A model generated the notes under the pieces. The model saw nothing but the letters and a program-made list of their open reading frames with translations, had not been told where the DNA came from and made no database searches. From the NCBI RefSeq assembly GCF_009797935.1, contig NZ_VOLC01000004.1:192820-256819 (forward strand): a stretch of DNA of 64,000 bases. The letters run 5' to 3'. The position numbers and the translations under genes were made by a program. Shown here one piece after another: positions 61,368 to 64,000 of the stretch (its first letter is position 1; every line of letters starts with the position of its first letter). This DNA is from Lunatibacter salilacus. GTDB lineage: Bacteria > Bacteroidota > Bacteroidia > Cytophagales > Cyclobacteriaceae.

Positions 61368-63476
61368 ATGAAAAATTCCGTATTAGTCTGGATATTTTTA
61401 GTTGCTTTTCCGTTAGTACTTCAAGCCCAAGAGGACCTCAATGTGATTCAACCCCAGTGGGTGAATTTCACAGACGGCCAGAACGCACTGTATAAACACC
61501 TTACCAAACAGGCTTTTACACTCTTGGACAAGAGGGAGCAAGAGATAAAGGAAATCACCACCTTGGAAGGTTGGAAAGAACGGCAGGCTTGGACAGAAAA
61601 AACGTTGATGGAAGTAGTTGGGCCTTTTCCGGAAAAGACACCTCTTAATCCTACAATTACCCGTACAATTCAAAAAGAGGGATACAGCTTGGAGCATGTG
61701 GTCTTCGAATCGCAGCCCAGTTTTTTTGTTACGGCTACCTTATTTATTCCAGAGGGAAGCAGCGGGAAAAAGCCTGCAATTATCTATTGCAGTGGCCATA
61801 CCCTCGAGGGGTACCGCTCGGCTACTTACCAGCATGTTATTCTGAATTTGGTAAAGAAGGGATTTATTGTACTTGCATTTGACCCGGTAGGTCAGGGGGA
61901 AAGGCTGGAATATTTCAATCCCCAAACCAATGAACCAACTATCGGAGGGCCTACAAAACAGCATTCCTATCCGGGAGCCCAGGCGTTTATCGCCGGAAGT
62001 TCCCAAGCGCGATACATGATTTGGGACGGTATACGGGCAGTTGATTATTTACTTACCCGTCCCGAAGTCGATCCCAAACGCATCGGTATTACCGGTAGAT
62101 CCGGTGGCGGAACCCAATCTTCTTATATTGCGGCTTTTGATGATCGCATCTATGCAGCTGCTCCGGAGAATTATATTACTACATTCAAGCGATTGTGGTT
62201 GACGCATGGTCCCCAGGATGCAGAGCAGAATTTTTACAGGGGAATATCTGCCGGACTGGACCAACCTGATCTTATGATGGTTCGTGCACCTAAGCCGGGT
62301 ATGATGATTATAACGACCCGGGACATTTTTAATATTGAAGGGGCTAGGGAGGCAGCTGCCCAGATTCAGCGCCCCTATGAAAGCTATGGATCTACAGAAA
62401 ATTTTGAAGTTTCGGAAGACGATGCCGCCCATGCATCCACTCCGAAAAACCGGGAGGCGATGTATGCCTTTTTCCAAAAACACCTGAATCTTTCGGGCTC
62501 GTCGAAGGACGAAATCGTCGACTCCCTTTCCAAAGAAGAACTACAGGTAACCCCGACTGGGCAAGTTTTGACTTCCTATAAGGGAAAGCGGGTATTTGAT
62601 ATGAACCAAAGATATTTGAATCCTATCAACAATACCCCTTCTAAACAAATAGAGGCTTCAAACGCTCTTTCAGGGTATATAGTGCCTGAAGGGGATGTAG
62701 AATCCATGATGACTGGTCGGTTTCAGCGTGATGGCTATGTGGTGGAGAAATACCTGATAAAAGGGGAGGGGGACTACTGGATTCCCTACTTGCTGATGAA
62801 GCCCAATACCCCTACGCAGAGCGCTATAATCTATTTAAATCCAGAAGGGAAAGGAACCGATGCCCTAGTAGGAGGTGATATGGAATCCTTGGTTAGATCC
62901 GGCACCATGGTGTTGGCTCCGGACTTGTTGAATACCGGGGAGATGGGTAGAGGTGGGTTTACGGGAGACTCCAGTTTTGAGGGGAATTCGTATAATATTT
63001 GGTTTGGAAGTATCCTTATCGGACGCAGCGTCGTAGGCATACAAGCAGGTGATACTAACCGATTGGTAAATTACCTTCAATCAAAGCAGGGAGCCAAATC
63101 CATTAAAGGCGTGGCCAAGGGGAACATGGGATCAGTTTTGTTGCATGCTGCGGCCTTTAACCCGGCCATTTCCAGTGTGGCCTTGATAGATCCTCTGATG
63201 TCGTTTGAAGAAATTGTTAGAAATCCCCAGTATGATCCCGCCGCCATTGAATACACGGTGGCAGGGGCATTATCCGAATACGACTTGCCGGGTTTGGTAG
63301 AGGCATTGTCAGACCGCAATCCGTTGCTACTTCAGACTCAGGAAACATCCACTTCGGAAACATCCCTATTGCAGGAGCAATTGAGAAACACATCAACTAA
63401 GTCTGGAGTTCCTACTCAGTCTGTTAGAACAAAAGAAGAGTTGAGGGAGGTATTGGGGAGGTGGGTTAGGGAATAA
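61368..63476 (+). CDS. secreted two-domain alpha/beta hydrolase, paralog 3
   Basis: Signal peptide; IYCSGHT; GRSGGGTQSS elbow; ~300-aa extra C-terminal domain. Confidence 0.6.
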   Translation: MKNSVLVWIFLVAFPLVLQAQEDLNVIQPQWVNFTDGQNALYKHLTKQAFTLLDKREQEIKEITTLEGWKERQAWTEKTLMEVVGPFPEKTPLNPTITRTIQKEGYSLEHVVFESQPSFFVTATLFIPEGSSGKKPAIIYCSGHTLEGYRSATYQHVILNLVKKGFIVLAFDPVGQGERLEYFNPQTNEPTIGGPTKQHSYPGAQAFIAGSSQARYMIWDGIRAVDYLLTRPEVDPKRIGITGRSGGGTQSSYIAAFDDRIYAAAPENYITTFKRLWLTHGPQDAEQNFYRGISAGLDQPDLMMVRAPKPGMMIITTRDIFNIEGAREAAAQIQRPYESYGSTENFEVSEDDAAHASTPKNREAMYAFFQKHLNLSGSSKDEIVDSLSKEELQVTPTGQVLTSYKGKRVFDMNQRYLNPINNTPSKQIEASNALSGYIVPEGDVESMMTGRFQRDGYVVEKYLIKGEGDYWIPYLLMKPNTPTQSAIIYLNPEGKGTDALVGGDMESLVRSGTMVLAPDLLNTGEMGRGGFTGDSSFEGNSYNIWFGSILIGRSVVGIQAGDTNRLVNYLQSKQGAKSIKGVAKGNMGSVLLHAAAFNPAISSVALIDPLMSFEEIVRNPQYDPAAIEYTVAGALSEYDLPGLVEALSDRNPLLLQTQETSTSETSLLQEQLRNTSTKSGVPTQSVRTKEELREVLGRWVRE

Positions 63477-63720
63477 TGATATTGATGGATACTGGATATT
63501 TGTGGATATTGGGTGTTGAAATATAGCCCACAGCTGAAATATTGTGGAAATATTGTAGAAATATGGCCTACGGCCGAAATAGAGGGAATTGATATTAGTT
63601 GATATTTGATATTGATGGATATTAGGGGGATTGAAATATGGTTGATATATAGTAGAAATATGGCCTAGCGGCCGAAATATAGGGAGAATGATATTAGTGG
63701 ATAATAGATACCTGTTGATA
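63477..63720. repeat. interleaved direct repeats with GGCC-N3/4-GGCC palindromes
   Basis: tagaaatatggccta(g)cggccgaaata(ta)g(g)ga(g)aat gatattagt(t/g)g at 63556-63600 and 63653-63700; tgatattgatggata at 63477 and 63607; (g/t)gaaatat x6. Confidence 0.5.
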
Positions 63721-64000
63721 TTATCATTAAGAAATAGATAAAAACGAATGGCAGCTGTTACGGGAGGAAGGGCTGGGGTCTTGCGAAGTGAAGACTTCTG
63801 TCAAAACCCCAATCTATTGATCTTTGCCTTCTTGATCTTGAAATGAAACGCTGATTTGGCGGATAGAGCGGATATTTTCTGCCATAAATTATAGGTTTTG
63901 GTTGAAAGGGCGAAATATTATAGCGAGGGGTAAAGTGCAGCCCCTGGTTAAGTAGAAATATTTCAGTTTTGTTTTGGCTGCGGTGATGGATGAAGAAGCG

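Noticed and set aside
1-64000. tRNA/rRNA genes
   Set aside because: I scanned for GTTCGA(A/T)TC T-loop-like motifs and for rRNA-like conserved stretches and found none. A dedicated tRNA scan could still be run.

Overview
The window reads as a Bacteroidetes-type chromosome segment (Cytophagia/Flavobacteriia-like). Support for that: a SusC/SusD pair under ECF-sigma/FecR control, many Sec- or Tat-exported hydrolases and Gfo/Idh/MocA oxidoreductases, and lipoprotein signals. Almost all of it is protein-coding. Housekeeping blocks are phhA followed by hisH-hisA-hisF-hisIE, proC, and a LacI/tagaturonate-reductase-like pair. I saw no rRNA, tRNA, CRISPR array or intact transposase. The stretch that best fits 'undescribed system' is 26044-35626. 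A divergent XRE-family HTH regulator sits next to a perfect 17-bp inverted repeat. Facing it is a tightly packed 5-gene minus-strand operon: a YbjN/YjfI-like protein, a PspA/IM30 (ESCRT-III-like) protein, a YqiJ/NfeD-like membrane protein, a YqiK-type flotillin, and a 1618-aa protein with a long coiled coil and a C-terminal MoxR/AAA_5-like ATPase domain. Other points: a PUL-like locus whose cargo enzyme is a PQQ-type sugar dehydrogenase fused to cytochrome c; a Tat-exported oxidoreductase/TIM-barrel/esterase island at 54857-63476; a phnW-like aminotransferase pair; a decayed accessory patch with gene fragments and a split Panacea-domain gene at 41941-43853; and three short-repeat regions. All calls come from reading the ORF translations and the DNA by eye. 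No searches were run.
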